A DNA stretch of 64,000 nucleotides, taken from NCBI GenBank assembly GCA_964016885.1, contig OZ024741.1:123442001-123506000 (forward strand). The letters are read 5' to 3'. This document shows positions 1-16,486 of the stretch, one piece after another. The notes under the pieces are model-generated. The model was not told the DNA's origin. It searched no databases and saw nothing but the letters and a program-made list of their open reading frames with translations. Numbering within the stretch: position 1 is the stretch's first letter; each line of letters begins with the position of its first letter. A program made the translations under genes and the position numbers. The DNA comes from Eledone cirrhosa (taxonomy: Eukaryota).

Positions 1-1595
<1,595 letters not shown>

Positions 1596-2244
1596 ATTAA
1601 TTTTTATTTTTTATTTTTTGTTAACCTATAATCATATTTTACTATAGATAAAATACAAAATCTGTTTTAATTATTATAAACCTAATTAACATATACTATA
1701 GAAATTAATATATAATTTTTAATTTAGTTAACCTATAATTTATATTCTACTACCGATGAAATACTTGTTTTGGTTTTTTTCCATATTACTAAATTCATTT
1801 CCTAATATTGATACCATAATGTTAATATTTTTAATTTAGTTATGCTATAATTAATACTCTACTACTGTTTAAGTTCAAAATTCCGCTTCAAAGATTATAA
1901 ACCTAAGTAATATACACCTTAGAAATCAATATATTAACTATTTTTAATTTAGTTAACCTATAATTAATAGTCTACTTATATTAAAATGCATAATTTTGCT
2001 TTCTTTCTTACATTTCCTAATACTGAAACTACTATGTAAACACATATTATGATCTAGATGCAATTTAATATTCTATGTTCCTTGAAACCTATATTTACTA
2101 TAATCCCCCCCACCCCTATAATTATTTGTATTTGTAAGCGAGGATGTACGTATGTATATGTAGGTAGGTATGTATGTTTGGGTGCTTGTATGTGAGTATA
2201 AAAATACATATGTGCGCATGTAAATAAGGGTAATTGATGGTGTA

Positions 2245-2287
<43 letters not shown>

Positions 2288-2437
2288 ATATGTGTATATA
2301 TGTGTGTGTATATATATATGTCTATGTGTATGTATATATATATGTCTATGTGTATGTGTGTGTGGGTATATATATGCGTATGTGTGCGTGTATATGTGAG
2401 TATATATATATATATATATATTTGTAGTTGATGAGTG

Positions 2438-2478
<41 letters not shown>

Positions 2479-2656
2479 GTGCATAATTGTCTGACTGTGT
2501 GTATTTATTTATTTATTTATTTATTTATTTTATATATATATGTATATGAGTATATGTATATATATATATATGTATATATATATATGTATATGTGTATATA
2601 TATGTATGTATATATGTGTGTGTGTGTGTGTATATATATTTATGTGTGTATGTATA

Positions 2657-2695
<39 letters not shown>

Positions 2696-2851
2696 GTGTG
2701 TATGTATATCTCTTTATTTATGTATGTCTGAGTTGTGTGAGCGTGTAGTTGTATGTGTATATGCATACATGGATGTGTGTGTGGGTGTGTGTATATATGC
2801 GTATATGTATGTGTATGTGTGTGTGTATATATATATGTGTATGTATGTATG

Positions 2852-2932
<81 letters not shown>

Positions 2933-2947
2933 ATATGTGTGTCTGTA

Positions 2948-2980
<33 letters not shown>

Positions 2981-3148
2981 GGGTATGTATGTATATATGT
3001 GTATGTACATGTGTATATATATATATATATGTGTGTTGTGAATATGTATATGTATATATATATATGTGTGTATGTATATGTGTCTATGTATTTATATGTG
3101 TATATGTATGTGTCTCTATATATATATGTGTGTGTATATATATGTATA

Positions 3149-3179
<31 letters not shown>

Positions 3180-3842
3180 GTGTATGTATGTGTGTATATA
3201 TATATATGTATATCGATGTGTATTTTATATTTTACTTGTTTATATATATATATTTTTTTAATATTCTTCTTTTAATAGATACATTTTTAAATAGGCAGTT
3301 TGTCTGACACCCGGAAATACTGACACCCCCCCCCCCCCACCTACTTTCTGTATCTGGACCTAAATATATGTGGCAGTGCTTATGTGCGCGCCTTAATGTC
3401 CATATGCTTATGATAATAATATATACACATAGATGTGTGTGTGTGGGTGTGGGTGTGTGTGTGTGTGTATGTTCGTGGTTATGTGTATGTCTATGCGTAT
3501 ATGCGCGTGTGTGTGTGAATGTATGTTTATGTGTGTATATATGAATGTATATATGTTTATATACGTATATGTATTTTATCTGTAGATTATAAACATACAG
3601 AGACATTAGCCCTGAATTTTTGTATTTACATACATTTTTTCGACATGCGTATGCATGTGAACATATATTTTTATGCATATCTGTGAACGAAGTTACTTAC
3701 ATATATACACACACCTAACTGTATTTTCTGGACATATTTCTGTGTATTTCATTGGTCAATTTGAACTCTGTTCCCAAACAGACCTGTAATTTTGAATTGT
3801 TGTTATTATCAATAAATATATTTCATTATTTCTGAAGACGGC

Positions 3843-4026
3843 GGTGGATTGGCAGTATCGGTAGAGGGTCGTACGCCATGCTTTAACGCATACAGTTACG
3901 GCCTTCGCCATTCTGAGTTCGAATCCCGCCGAGGTTAACTTTGCCTTTCATCCTTACGGGGTCGATAAAATAAAGTACCAGTAATGTACTGGGTAATTGC
4001 TGGCCTTGTGCCAAAAAGTAGAAATA
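3843..4026 (+). mobile_element. tRNA-derived SINE (octopus-type) with 18-bp TSD
   Basis: B-box-like gagttcgaatccc; core ctttgcctttcatccttacggggtcgataaaataaagtacc; TSD attatttctgaagacggc at 3825-3842 and 4027-4044. Confidence 0.9.
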
Positions 4027-4173
4027 ATTATTTCTGAAGACGGCATATATATGTGTTGGTATGTATATTAAATTTGATAGTTTGTATAATTTTGTATAAT
4101 TTTGTACATAGATCTGTTAAATATGCATGCCAATTCTAACACATATATGTCCTAGAAACGATCGTTAAATAAT
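4027..4173 (+). ncRNA. Type-I HHR, family B (long stem II)
   Basis: attattt-CTGAAGA...catatatatgtgttgg...ctaacacatatatg..-GAAA-cgatcgt-T-aaataat; stem III ACGATCGT is a palindrome. Confidence 0.7.
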
Positions 4174-4372
4174 GAACTTTTTTTGTTTAATATAAGGAAC
4201 TGTTTCATTGTTTTATTCATTATTTATTTAATATTTTATCTTGACTCTGTATTCCGTTTATCTTTCACCGAAAGTGATTTTTTAATGCATCTCTTCTTTC
4301 CATGATATCCGGATTACATTGAGTTCTTCATACGGATTGGACACTACCGTAAACTCTTGGTAGATTTATCTA
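4027..4372 (+). mobile_element. HHR-bearing pLTR-like insert, family B
   Basis: Near-identical to 13628-13965; both copies end at the same base before (TA)n. Confidence 0.75.
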
Positions 4373-4453
4373 CATATATATATATATATATATTTGAAAA
4401 AAAAGGAAAATAATGACTTCACTTGTAGTGTTAAAAAGTTTACGATTTAATGT

Positions 4454-4499
<46 letters not shown>

Positions 4500-4559
4500 C
4501 AAACATCAGATTTTGCAAACATTATCGCCAGGTGTTAAACATTAATTTTATAGTGACAT

Positions 4560-5320
4560 ATATCAGACCAGAATATACTTTATTGGTCGTATTAATAGCT
4601 ATTAGAATCTGCAATATTTCGCTAACAAAACACAATTCTATTCCAGCCGGTTACAGAATTCTGGACGCATCTTTTGAGTCTGTTTGGTTTTTGATGATCT
4701 TTTGCTGCAAACATTTGGCCAAGTGCTTGAAAAAGAGGTTGACTGTAGGCAAATGATCCGATGATTATGCTGTAACATTGATTACCCGATGTTTTGTCGA
4801 GTGTTAGCGTGCAAGAGTATTTGATCAATGCTGTAAATATACCATGCAATTCTTTATACATTTCATCGATTACGTGTCAATACGTCCCTCCCCAATTGTT
4901 TTGGTATAATTGAGAAATTTATAGTAGATGAATCCGGATGCGGACAACCCAAGAATCCCATACTCTTTCGTACAAATCCTGCTTTGGTCAGTGCTTATGA
5001 ACTACATTTCAGTCCAACAACTAAGGTAAACAACGTCGATTCTTGAATAGCATTTGCTGTGCATCACACCGCAGAATATGTCGCGCAAAAGTGATAATTT
5101 TATTTAGAACGTTGATATTTCTGATTATCTTTCAATCTGTATTGCACCCATTTTCCAAACATTGTCGACATTCGTCGACATTCTAATTCAGATGAAGTGT
5201 TGAGAAATTACTCCAATGGTTATATTCAGTTCTTCTGCATTATTTCAAATACTTGTGTGACGTTTCGCTTCCACTAAAGAATTCAAATTATCGTCAATGG
5301 CACAATGACGTCCATAAACC
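4560..5320 (-). pseudogene. Decayed mariner (Tc1/mariner) transposase
   Basis: Minus strand reads GRHCAIDDNLNSLVEA..AEELNIT..GKWVQYRLKDNQKYQR (WVPHEL region) and *SSDHLPTVNLFFKHLAKCLQQKIIKNQ (YSPDL..D.HFFKHL region), with stops and frameshifts. Confidence 0.7.
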
Positions 5321-5422
5321 ACAAAGGAATGTTTAAAACCAACATGGCAGTGTATATTCCTTACCATACAATCAAAGCAACATATATTGTCCATTACTCA
5401 CTCACCATTTATATATATATAA

Positions 5423-5542
5423 AACGAAGGAAGTGTGGTAAGGAACCAGGTGGACCCTAACGCACCAGAGTACTCGATACTTTTGGTAGTAGAGTGGGTA
5501 ATAGAAAAAGAATCAGGACCCATGGGGTCCTGACTCTTTTCC
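5423..5542 (-). mobile_element. Family D fold-back insert (short inverted arm)
   Basis: Tail shared with 6860-7051; terminal hairpin tcaggacc-catg-gggtcctga; TA-flanked. Confidence 0.7.
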
Positions 5543-5615
<73 letters not shown>

Positions 5616-6198
5616 CACGTATTTACGGTTTGTGAGTCCGGTAAGACTACAGGTTTGGGTTTTGAAATACACATCCAATTTGCAATAATTATCAAAGTAT
5701 CTATTTAGACTACGAGAATAATAATCGCAGTAACCGACGAAGGTCCGACATACACACGCACGTACCTACATAAACACACGCATACTATCTTATCAAATTA
5801 TATTACAAGATTTCTTTCATTACTTGGAGGCGGATTTTCGTGGTACACTTATTACACGAAGGATGACAAGATAATAATTCGATTTAAAATTACATTGAGG
5901 AGGTTTAATTGTTACACTGTCAGTTTAGGTGATTTGAGTTAAATATCCTTTACTGCATGAACATTCCTATGGAATTTGGTTAATGATTTGAGAAGCCAAT
6001 CGAATAGAGTTGCGGTTCTTAATTCTCCTATATTTAGAATGTTCTGTTAACAAAACTACTCGTGTCAAATATATAGGTGGAACACTATATTGGGAAGAAA
6101 TGCTATACAAGGTAAATGTATGATATATATATTTTTTTAAATTTCATTAACATGTTCTAACGTAAATAATACACACACATACATACACATATATATAT

Positions 6199-6859
<661 letters not shown>

Positions 6860-6862
<3 letters not shown>

Positions 6863-7049
6863 AAAAGAGTCAGGACCTCGACGGCTGAGCTCCGACCGTT
6901 TCAACAGCCAGTTCAGAACTAGCTGTCGAAACGGCCGGAGCTAAGCCGTCGGGGTCCTGACTCTTTTCAAAATTACCCACTCTACTACCCATAGTATCGA
7001 GTACTCCGGTGTGTTATGGTGCACCTCGTTCCTTACCACACTTCCTCCG

Positions 7050-7051
<2 letters not shown>
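6860..7051 (+). mobile_element. Family D fold-back insert carrying the 3' half of an HHR
   Basis: Hairpin at about 6862-6968; GAAAcggc...gccGTC-ggggtc; shared tail ...ccttaccacacttcctccgtt then (TA)n. Confidence 0.7.
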
Positions 7052-7092
<41 letters not shown>

Positions 7093-7095
<3 letters not shown>

Positions 7096-7415
7096 ACTGT
7101 ATGTTGGTTGTATATCAACACCTCAGTATGCAGATTGGATTGGAGCACTCGACGAAGTGCGCAGGTTGGTTTGGTTACTTCGGAGTAATGTAAAATAAAA
7201 TAAAATAAAATAAATAAGTCAAATGTTTAAAATTTGGCTTCGTTTATTACTGCCATATATATATTTCGGTGACAGCCATCTTTGGCTGTGACCTCTTCAG
7301 GCAGTCTGAATTAGTGTGGTAGAGACGAGTACACATGTTGTTGAGGTGTATAACTTTGTTAATACTCTGATATGCCCAGTTCCTGGTTGGGTTGTTATTT
7401 CACTGAGGAACTGGA

Positions 7416-7420
<5 letters not shown>
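7093..7420 (-). mobile_element. Family A insert; HHR at 7249-7305 with G at the cleavage position
   Basis: Reverse complement of 1-318; reads actgc-CTGAAGA..cacc-GAAA-tatatatat-G-gcagt. Confidence 0.75.
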
Positions 7421-7469
<49 letters not shown>

Positions 7470-8730
7470 CATTCATACTGTCACTATCGATAGATATAAC
7501 ATTACAAAATTACATAGATTAGGCCAATGGGTTGATAAGTTGATGGAAAGATGGCCTGATGCCATATGTCACAAATGTTTCCTTTAACGACATAAATTCA
7601 CTCTCTCGTAGGTAGCACTCATTGTCTCGTGTCCAGACATTCATGTGTTATACACACGATGTGCTAGCTTGTGCGTTTCCATGTTTGAATATAATTATGT
7701 ACAATTGCATGTATGAAGTTAAAGCATTTATTTGAAATGTAGCCATACTTATATAAATGGCTATTCTAATAGTCACTATAATTAATGAACTTGATGTTGA
7801 CACTTCTAGTTACAAGCGTAAAATCTTCTAAACGACAGTAATAAGTGGTCTCTGACATATTAACGCATTCGCACTGCATCAGAAGGACGTGGTTTCACAT
7901 GTTTCTGCATTCTGAAGGACATTACCGGATACTCTCTAGTATTAGTTATAGTCATCGACTGTTATTATAGTTATTTAGATTCGGCTGAGTACATTACAAA
8001 TGATTGCAAATTTCTCTTAAGATATCGAACGGATCCAGAAAGAACATTGATAAATAATGTAATATTTAACAGAAGTAATATTAGATAAATTAGAACTTTC
8101 TCCAACGTTAGGATATTAGAAGATATGATTAATTTGGGTCGCATGTACATTAATATTGATTTGTGTATATCAGGTGAGTTGACATAGGTAGAGAGGAGGA
8201 GAAACATGTTGAAAATCAGATTTGATGATTTAGGATGAAAATGTAGAGAAGTGATTTGTGTGTTAGCAAGATAATAGAATTAAAATAATACGGTATATTG
8301 ACACAGTTTTTGTATTAAGAAATCTAATAAACATATGGAATATCATAAGGGTATCGACATGATTATGGATAATAAAAATACAGGAATCTCGCTATGAATA
8401 TTTTTAAAGCTATGATCATGTTATAGCTTTCTCAATAGGGTTAAGAATGCCAGATAACTAGTTCTGAGACAAAATACGCTGACACCTATAAGTGTTGTGT
8501 ATAGGAAACTTCAGCTGGAGTTGCTCATTTGCATTCAGTCGGGATTTGACTGGTGAATGCAAGTTGAATAGAAATGGCACAAGAATTTTAGAATCAATCA
8601 TAAGATATTGTGCTTTAAATTGTGTTTTAAATGGTGAATATGTATTGTACGATTATCTTTTAAAGATGTGTATTAAAGAAAATGAATATGAAGGTGTAAT
8701 GGTTGAATTGGGAGTCATTTGTGGGTTATA

Positions 8731-8784
<54 letters not shown>

Positions 8785-8785
<1 letters not shown>

Positions 8786-9197
8786 CGTTTCTGAATTTGT
8801 TTAGCAGGATTCTTTTTTCTGATAATGTGTGTTGAAACCGATATTGTTATAGCTTGAGAGGGCCATGTTGCCTCAATTATTATAAATTTTACACATTTTA
8901 TAAATATAAATTTTATAAATTTCCGGGTGGTTAGTTGGTTCCACAATCGGATGGTTCTTCATATATTGTCAAAGTTCTTTCGTCACCCATTTTGTGACCT
9001 CTTCGGTGACTGGGGATTTTTTGTTGTGTTTTATGCCTCTCATTTGTTCTCTCATACGCCATCTCACAGAATGTGTGACGAAAGAACTTTGACAATATAT
9101 GGAACCAACCAACCAACCGGAAATTCATAAATTTTGTATTTATAAAATCTATAAAATTTATAATAGATTCAAGTGAAATCAACTCGTGCGTATAACA

Positions 9198-9200
<3 letters not shown>
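8785..9200 (-). mobile_element. Fold-back insert with a variant HHR (8968-9010)
   Basis: Inverted arms at about 8878-8986 and 9074-9164; minus strand gtca-CCGAAGA-ggtcac(aaaatgg)gtgac-GAAA-gaact-T-tgac. Confidence 0.6.
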
Positions 9201-9270
<70 letters not shown>

Positions 9271-9273
9271 TAT

Positions 9274-9309
<36 letters not shown>

Positions 9310-9481
9310 GTATACACACACATACATATATATATATATATATGTGTGGGTGTGTATGCGCGCGTGTGTGTGTGTGTGAGTGTAAACTAGTAACTTAGAT
9401 TGGAGTCGCCGGTTCTGGGTATTTTATACCAGGCGTATCGAGATCTAAACCCACCTGATTTGTTCCAGAATGTGAGAGGAA

Positions 9482-9555
<74 letters not shown>

Positions 9556-9691
9556 TACATAGTAATTGGTTTCTTTTAGTTGAATGTGTATACACATTCA
9601 ACTACAACACACACACACAAGTATACATATATCTATATATATATATACATATATATATAATATATATATATATATATGAATAGATATACAG

Positions 9692-9727
<36 letters not shown>

Positions 9728-9843
9728 TACAGTATGTATATATATATATATATATTGAAATCCAAACCCAGACATCCTGAGTGAATGCTATAAAGCCTCC
9801 AATAAGACCTTTTAAAATCCGTGCCAATTTGAAATCTGAATAC

Positions 9844-9958
<115 letters not shown>

Positions 9959-10000
9959 TTACGGTAGTAATCGGTTTCTGTTAGTTGAATGTTTACACAC

Positions 10001-10079
<79 letters not shown>

Positions 10080-10088
10080 TACATACAC

Positions 10089-10119
<31 letters not shown>

Positions 10120-10696
10120 GTATATATATATATCGTAAAATTCAAATTCAGTGATGAATATTCTCTGACCTCAGCCCGTCCATATTACTATCGCATTAAA
10201 ATACGCTGCACTTAATATCACAGTGATTATTAGAAGTCCTGTATTCTAACATTACATGCTGTGCTCACGATAAATTAGGATGGCTATATCTGAACGCAGA
10301 CGAGAAATTTCAGTGCAATCTGACCCTACATTTTAACTATGTAATGCGTCTAGAACAGACAAAACCATTCTATTTTTGGAGTGTTTCCTCATATCATATG
10401 TTAACTGAAGTTGAACTCACTCTAGTTACGTACGAAACAATGCCAAACTAAGCACATAAGTGGTAATTTTGCTGTAATATTATCAACACATACAGCTTCT
10501 ATAATTAGCGAAATCATATTATATTACTAAACATCGATTACATATGATGCAAACACGCATGAGAAATATAAATATCACTACATAAATGTAAAACAATAAC
10601 AGAGATATATTTTTATAAATGTATTACTGCATTCACATGCTAAAAATGCGGCAAGCTACACAGCAGTATCTTATAACGTATACTGCACCTATGAGA

Positions 10697-10903
10697 GGAT
10701 ACCAGTATCGCTAGAGCGTCGGACAACATGATTTGTGTTATAGAATTACGTTCTTTTACGTTTTGAGTTCAATTTTCTACTGGGCTAACTTTGCTTTTCA
10801 TCCTTACGGGGTCGATAAATTAAAGTATCAGTGATCCACAGCAGTTGATTAATCGCTGTTCCTCTCTCCCAGATTGTAACATTGTGCCTTAATGAGAATC
10901 ATA
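10697..10903 (+). mobile_element. SINE, diverged copy
   Basis: Core ctttgcttttcatccttacggggtcgataaattaaagta. Confidence 0.7.
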
Positions 10904-11276
10904 TTTTGGTGCGGGGAATTTTCAGTGCCGTTAGAGCACCGGATTAAATGCTTGGAGATTTCTTCCGGCTTTCTGGGATCTGTTTTCAAATCCTGCTCGT
11001 GAGAACTTTGCATCTCTTATTTTCAATTTGGCTAGATAACGTAACCGCTCTGATCGACCGATTTGCGAAATCGCTAATGAATCATCGGATGGCATAACGT
11101 ATCTATTTCGTCTTTATAAGTTCCGAGATCAAATCCCACCTCGTCTTACCAGACACTCACTGAGTTCCATTTCCTTTCTTCTTTGTCATGTATAATTAAA
11201 TTGATTGCTCAAAATCAGAATAAAGCTAACAGTTTCGTCTTTCAGATATGAATAGAATAACAGTATATATATATAC

Positions 11277-11483
11277 AGATGTGAGAAAAACCACAGACCC
11301 TCCATCTCAACTCACCTTTTGAAAAGCAGAAGAACTGCGAAACCGGTAAAGGAACCAAATAAATATATATATTTTTTAAAAAAATAAGACTTCAGTTGCA
11401 TTTTCGATTTCATCTCTTTTTCTTTATACTTCCACTCGTGTAGGACACCTCGGTTATTTTTCATTTTGTAAAAAAAACCTCAC

Positions 11484-11490
<7 letters not shown>
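11277..11490 (+). mobile_element. Family C pLTR insert
   Basis: Near-identical to 18293-18499 and 24476-24621; TA-flanked. Confidence 0.8.
11315..11352 (+). ncRNA. Minimal HHR with U3-A8 core, family C
   Basis: cctt-TTGAAAA-gcag(aagaa)ctgc-GAAA-ccggt-A-aagg. Confidence 0.75.
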
Positions 11491-11516
<26 letters not shown>

Positions 11517-11701
11517 GTTTTAATATAGATGAGATTCTACAGGACTAGAACTGTTTCATTCATTAGAAATCATCCTGATGATTTCTAATGAATGAAACAG
11601 TTCTAGTCCTGTAGAATCTCATCTATATTAAAACTGTTATACTCTGCTATGTATTGAGTACCTTACTTACTGTGGTTACCTCCGATTCAACCCGGAATAA
11701 C

Positions 11702-11702
<1 letters not shown>
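11517..11702 (+). mobile_element. Fold-back insert: perfect 58-bp-arm hairpin turning at the HHR core
   Basis: Arms 11517-11574 and 11577-11634; CTGATGA 11575-11581, GAAAC 11594-11598, GTC 11606-11608. Confidence 0.75.
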
Positions 11703-11740
<38 letters not shown>

Positions 11741-11860
11741 CTGTATATTTATTCATATATATATATATATGTACATATATATATATATGAATAAATATAC
11801 AGTATGTGTATATATATATATATGTACATATATATATACAGTATGTATATATATATACAG

Positions 11861-11952
<92 letters not shown>

Positions 11953-13282
11953 TGCATTTGTCTGAATTTCAGAGAGTCGTAGGCGTTCTGGCATGGGTGA
12001 TTTTAATCTGATGATACGCATATTCTCCCAGATATTGAAAGAGAAAGACTTCGGCAAAAGGATCGACGCTTGTTGTATATTTTATATCTCGAAGTATATA
12101 TATGTATCTCGGATGTTTTAATGATAGGCACCCCAACTTATGTTGTCACTACATGCAAATTTAACTGGCCTCATACAAGGTTGTATTACACACGTCTTTA
12201 CTCGTGTGTGTAATGATATACCTTTCAACTCTTTAATTACAAACTACCAAAGAATGAGGCATCACGATTCAGGAATTGAAACCGGGAACGTATTGAATTT
12301 TATAATTTAATGGACAGAAGCAGTAATTCAAAAAGACAGCTGTGTAACACCGCATCTCTCTGATGAAGTTACATGTCTATTGAATGCCTCGTCAACCAGA
12401 CGTTGATTTCATGAGCGGGTTGTTATACTGATCGACTGATCGAAACGGACGGAGGTCCATTCCAATTCAGTGACAGGAAAAAAAACAAAGAATCAAAGAC
12501 AAAATAAAAAATGGAGAAGTCTACACATAAAACAATCAAAATATTTTCTTTATTCGTTATTACTGTGAAACGATTAAATCTATTTTCTTCCAACTCCGGC
12601 ACGAAGTTAGTTTCGTTTACAGAGATTCAGTACAGTAGAAGTAACTGGACACTAAACCTCGAACCGTTTGACCAGTAATCCGATACAGGATACTATTCCA
12701 ACATCTGAGATTGACCGGGAAAATGGTTGTAAATCCGCAAAACATTAAAAAAGTAAAAACATAAAAGAATAAATTATAAAATAAAATAAAATAAAAATAA
12801 ATAAAATATAATAAATCAGAAGAGATATATAAATAAATTACAGAAGAAATATTTCTGAACCTAAAAATATGAAAAGTTTCTCTGTGTACAGCTACTCGTT
12901 TTTATCTTTATTGCTGTTATTACATCAGTTTAGAGTGGAGGTTCACGATATATTATGGACAATTTAGACGTCATCTGATACAACATTCACTTATAGTTTG
13001 ACACTATATTTACTCACAATGGTAACACTGTTTTATTTTTCCATCGTTCGTTTGCTATTCGATATAAACAAAAAAGACGATAAAACCGACCGAACGAATT
13101 AGTAAAGTAATATTATTGTCAGACAAGATAATAGATTAGGTTTCCGATAATTGGCTTTGTATCATCAATACCCGGGGATTCACGGAATATATGCACAAGT
13201 TATATATACAAATACGCATGCACACACATACGCACACACACACACACACACACACATACACACACACGCACACACACACACG

Positions 13283-13352
<70 letters not shown>

Positions 13353-13524
13353 ATATATATATATACGTATATATATATACATCTATATATATATATATAT
13401 ATACATCTAAATATATATATATATATTCGTGTATATACAAATATATCTATATGTATATATCTATATATATATATATAAATTCTATATATATATGCGTGCA
13501 TATACAAATATATCTATATCTATA

Positions 13525-13603
<79 letters not shown>

Positions 13604-13611
<8 letters not shown>

Positions 13612-13962
13612 AAAAAAATAAAATAAAATTATTTCTGAAGACAGCATATATATGTGTTGGTATGTATATTCTCTTTGATAGTTTGTATAATTTTGTACAT
13701 AGATCTTTTGAATATGCATGCCAATTCTAACACATATATGTCCTAGAAACGATCGTTAAATAATGAACTTTTTTTGTTTAATATAAGGAACTGTTTCATT
13801 GTTTTATTCATTATTTTTTTAATGTTTTATCTTGACTCTGTATTCCGTTTATCTTTCACCGAAAGTGATTTTTGAATGCATCTCTTCTTTCCATGATATC
13901 CGGATTACATTGAGTTCTTCATACGGATTGGACACTACCGTAAACTTTTGGTAGATTTATCT

Positions 13963-13965
<3 letters not shown>
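13604..13965 (+). mobile_element. Family B insert; HHR at 13628-13764
   Basis: attattt-CTGAAGA...GAAA-cgatcgt-T-aaataat; copy of 4027-4372 without the SINE. Confidence 0.75.
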
Positions 13966-14032
<67 letters not shown>

Positions 14033-14249
14033 TATATATAATATGAGATAAACCTTATGACAGAATATTCATGACCATATTTATTATTTCTGTGACACCA
14101 ATTACATCTACCTAGTAATGCTTTTGAATAGGTCGTGTAAAAAGGCGGTTAACGGTGAAAGGGGAGCCTGAGTTGTAGAGTGAAAAAGAGTGATAGTGAG
14201 GCCCTCGACCGTAAATACTTGAAGATATTATTATTTGTGTGCATAGGGC

Positions 14250-14400
14250 AGTCTACTGGCAGTATCAGTAGTGCGTCGGACAAGGTGCTTTTGGAAATAT
14301 TGTTACGGCGTTTTACGTTCTCCGTTCAAACCCGTCCAGCATATCTTTGACTATTATCGTTGCGGTGTCGATAAAATAAAGCACCAATTGGGCCGATTTA
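14250..14400 (+). mobile_element. SINE, diverged copy
   Basis: tggcagtatcagtagtgcgtcgga ... gtcgataaaataaagcacca. Confidence 0.55.
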
Positions 14401-14578
14401 AATTTCTCCTCTGTATATAATCTATAAATAAACATTTTAAACATCTCATATTGATCTTTAAAACTCGGTAGCTGGATAAAATTACATCATGGAGTTTCTA
14501 CTGGGTCTGCTAGTATTACTGAAAATAGGTTTAGATGATATTACTCTAACATATATATGATTCCATACGTAAGGAAGA

Positions 14579-14810
14579 AGGCACGTGGCGTGTTCGGTAA
14601 GGAGTTTGACACACATTAGTAAAGGCATGGGTTCGATTCCCTGGATGTGGATTGTCCTTGCGCAAGACATTTTATTTCACGTTGTTTCAATTTACTCATC
14701 TGACAAAATCTACTTCTATCTGTCATTTAAAAGCCACGCATAATACATATTGTGCCATGCTAATACGTCCTAAAACATATGTTAAGAGTACACCAACTAG
14801 TGGAAATACA
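14579..14810 (+). mobile_element. Second tRNA-derived SINE family, decayed
   Basis: A/B-box-like tggcgtgttcggt...gggttcgattccc followed by gtccttgcgcaagacattttatttcacgttg. Confidence 0.5.
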
Positions 14811-14831
14811 CATCCTATATATATATATATC

Positions 14832-14965
14832 AGGTAGGGTGTAGTAAAATACCAGGTGGACCGCAACCTACCATAGAACTCAATACTTGGGGTAGTAGAG
14901 TGCGTAATATAAAAATATTCAGGGTTCCGACGGCTAAGCTCAGCGGTGGGGGTCCTGAATTTTCA
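14832..14965 (-). mobile_element. Family D fold-back insert
   Basis: Shared tail plus hairpin attcagg...cctgaat; TA-flanked. Confidence 0.65.
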
Positions 14966-15397
14966 TATATATATATATCCAAGCATATATGTAGCCGATC
15001 TCTCGGACATTCACTATACACTGAGGGGATACGGTTAATAAAAAGAGTGTTGCGCTCATGCGCGGAGATACTTTACATTTGGTTATAATACAGGTTTCAA
15101 ATTCGGCTCTAAGTGACTTCACTCCATTTTATAAGCTATTTTATGGCATCTCTTGCATGGGCCCAACACACTTTACACATGAAACAGTCATATATATATA
15201 TAATGTATATATATTTATATAATGTATATATATATATATATAATGTATATATATATATATATATATAATGTATATATATATATATTGTATATATAAATAT
15301 ATATATATATATTGTATATATGAATATATATATATATATATTGTATATATAAATATATATATATATATATTGTATATATAAATATATATATATATAT

Positions 15398-15647
15398 AAA
15401 GAAAGAAAGATGAAATCGAAAATGCAACTGGAGTCTTATTTTTTAAAAATATATATATTTATTTGGTTCCTTAACCGGTTTCGCAGTTCTTCTGCTTTTC
15501 AAAACTAGAGGTAAAGGAACCAAATAAATATATATATTTTTAAAAAATAAGTCTCCAGTTTCATTTTCGATTTCATCATTTTTTCTTTATACTTTCACTC
15601 GTGTAGGACACCTCGGTAATTTTTCATTTTGTTAAAAGAACTCTCAC

Positions 15648-15654
<7 letters not shown>
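15398..15654 (+). mobile_element. Family C fold-back insert with its junction inside the HHR
   Basis: The minus arm carries the HHR up to TTGAAAA (15469-15504); the plus arm restarts at ggtaaagg (about 15510), within stem III. Confidence 0.8.
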
Positions 15655-15696
<42 letters not shown>

Positions 15697-15698
<2 letters not shown>

Positions 15699-15915
15699 TG
15701 GTTTACACAACAGTTAGTTCACCATACCGAGAACAATTGTTTCACCTTAGCGGAATCCTCAGCTCGTAAACGGATTATGAGCTGAGGATCCACTAAGGTG
15801 AAACAATTGTTCACGGCTTGGTGAACTAACTGTTGTGTAACCACTTCTACCTAACTCGTCCCATGGACAGAGTGCACTTCCACTACGGATATTACCTGGC
15901 AGTGTTCTACCACTA
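15697..15915 (+). mobile_element. Fold-back insert with an HHR in both arms
   Basis: Arms about 15697-15766 and 15778-15846; minus arm cgag-CTGAGGA-ttccgctaaggt-GAAA-caattgt-T-ctcg. Confidence 0.7.
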
Positions 15916-16271
15916 TATATATATATATATATATATATAAATATGTGTGTGTGTGTATGTGTGTGTGTATACATATACAGGCAACAGTAGTGGATGGAAT
16001 AGACTGATATACAGCATGCAGATTCCTCTGTGTAGATTGACATACATATATACACAGATAGGCATTAATATAACAAAAGATAAGCAACCTGCAGCAGAAA
16101 CAACAAAACCAGCACGCCGATATTATAAAAACAAGTCACAAAAGATAGGATGAAAAACAAACACATATACAAAACATTTCTCTATAAATCTTCCTTTATT
16201 AAAAAGTTGCCTGTAAAACAGTACTTAGCTAATGGGATTTACCATAGAAAATTGGGGTGTTATACATCTAT

Positions 16272-16321
<50 letters not shown>

Positions 16322-16365
16322 TTGTGTGTGTGTGTGTGTGTGTATAAGTATGAATGAATGTATGC

Positions 16366-16410
<45 letters not shown>

Positions 16411-16448
16411 CATACATATGCATACAAATATATATATATATATTTATA

Positions 16449-16486
<38 letters not shown>

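Noticed and set aside
3843-3930. tRNA gene
   Set aside because: The A/B boxes belong to a SINE head and there is no cloverleaf.
4928-5025. Possible host exon (ag...gtaaac)
   Set aside because: It lies inside the antisense strand of the decayed mariner region and gives no recognisable protein.
12360-12400. CTGATGA heptamer as an HHR
   Set aside because: There is no stem II, GAAA or stem III arrangement downstream.
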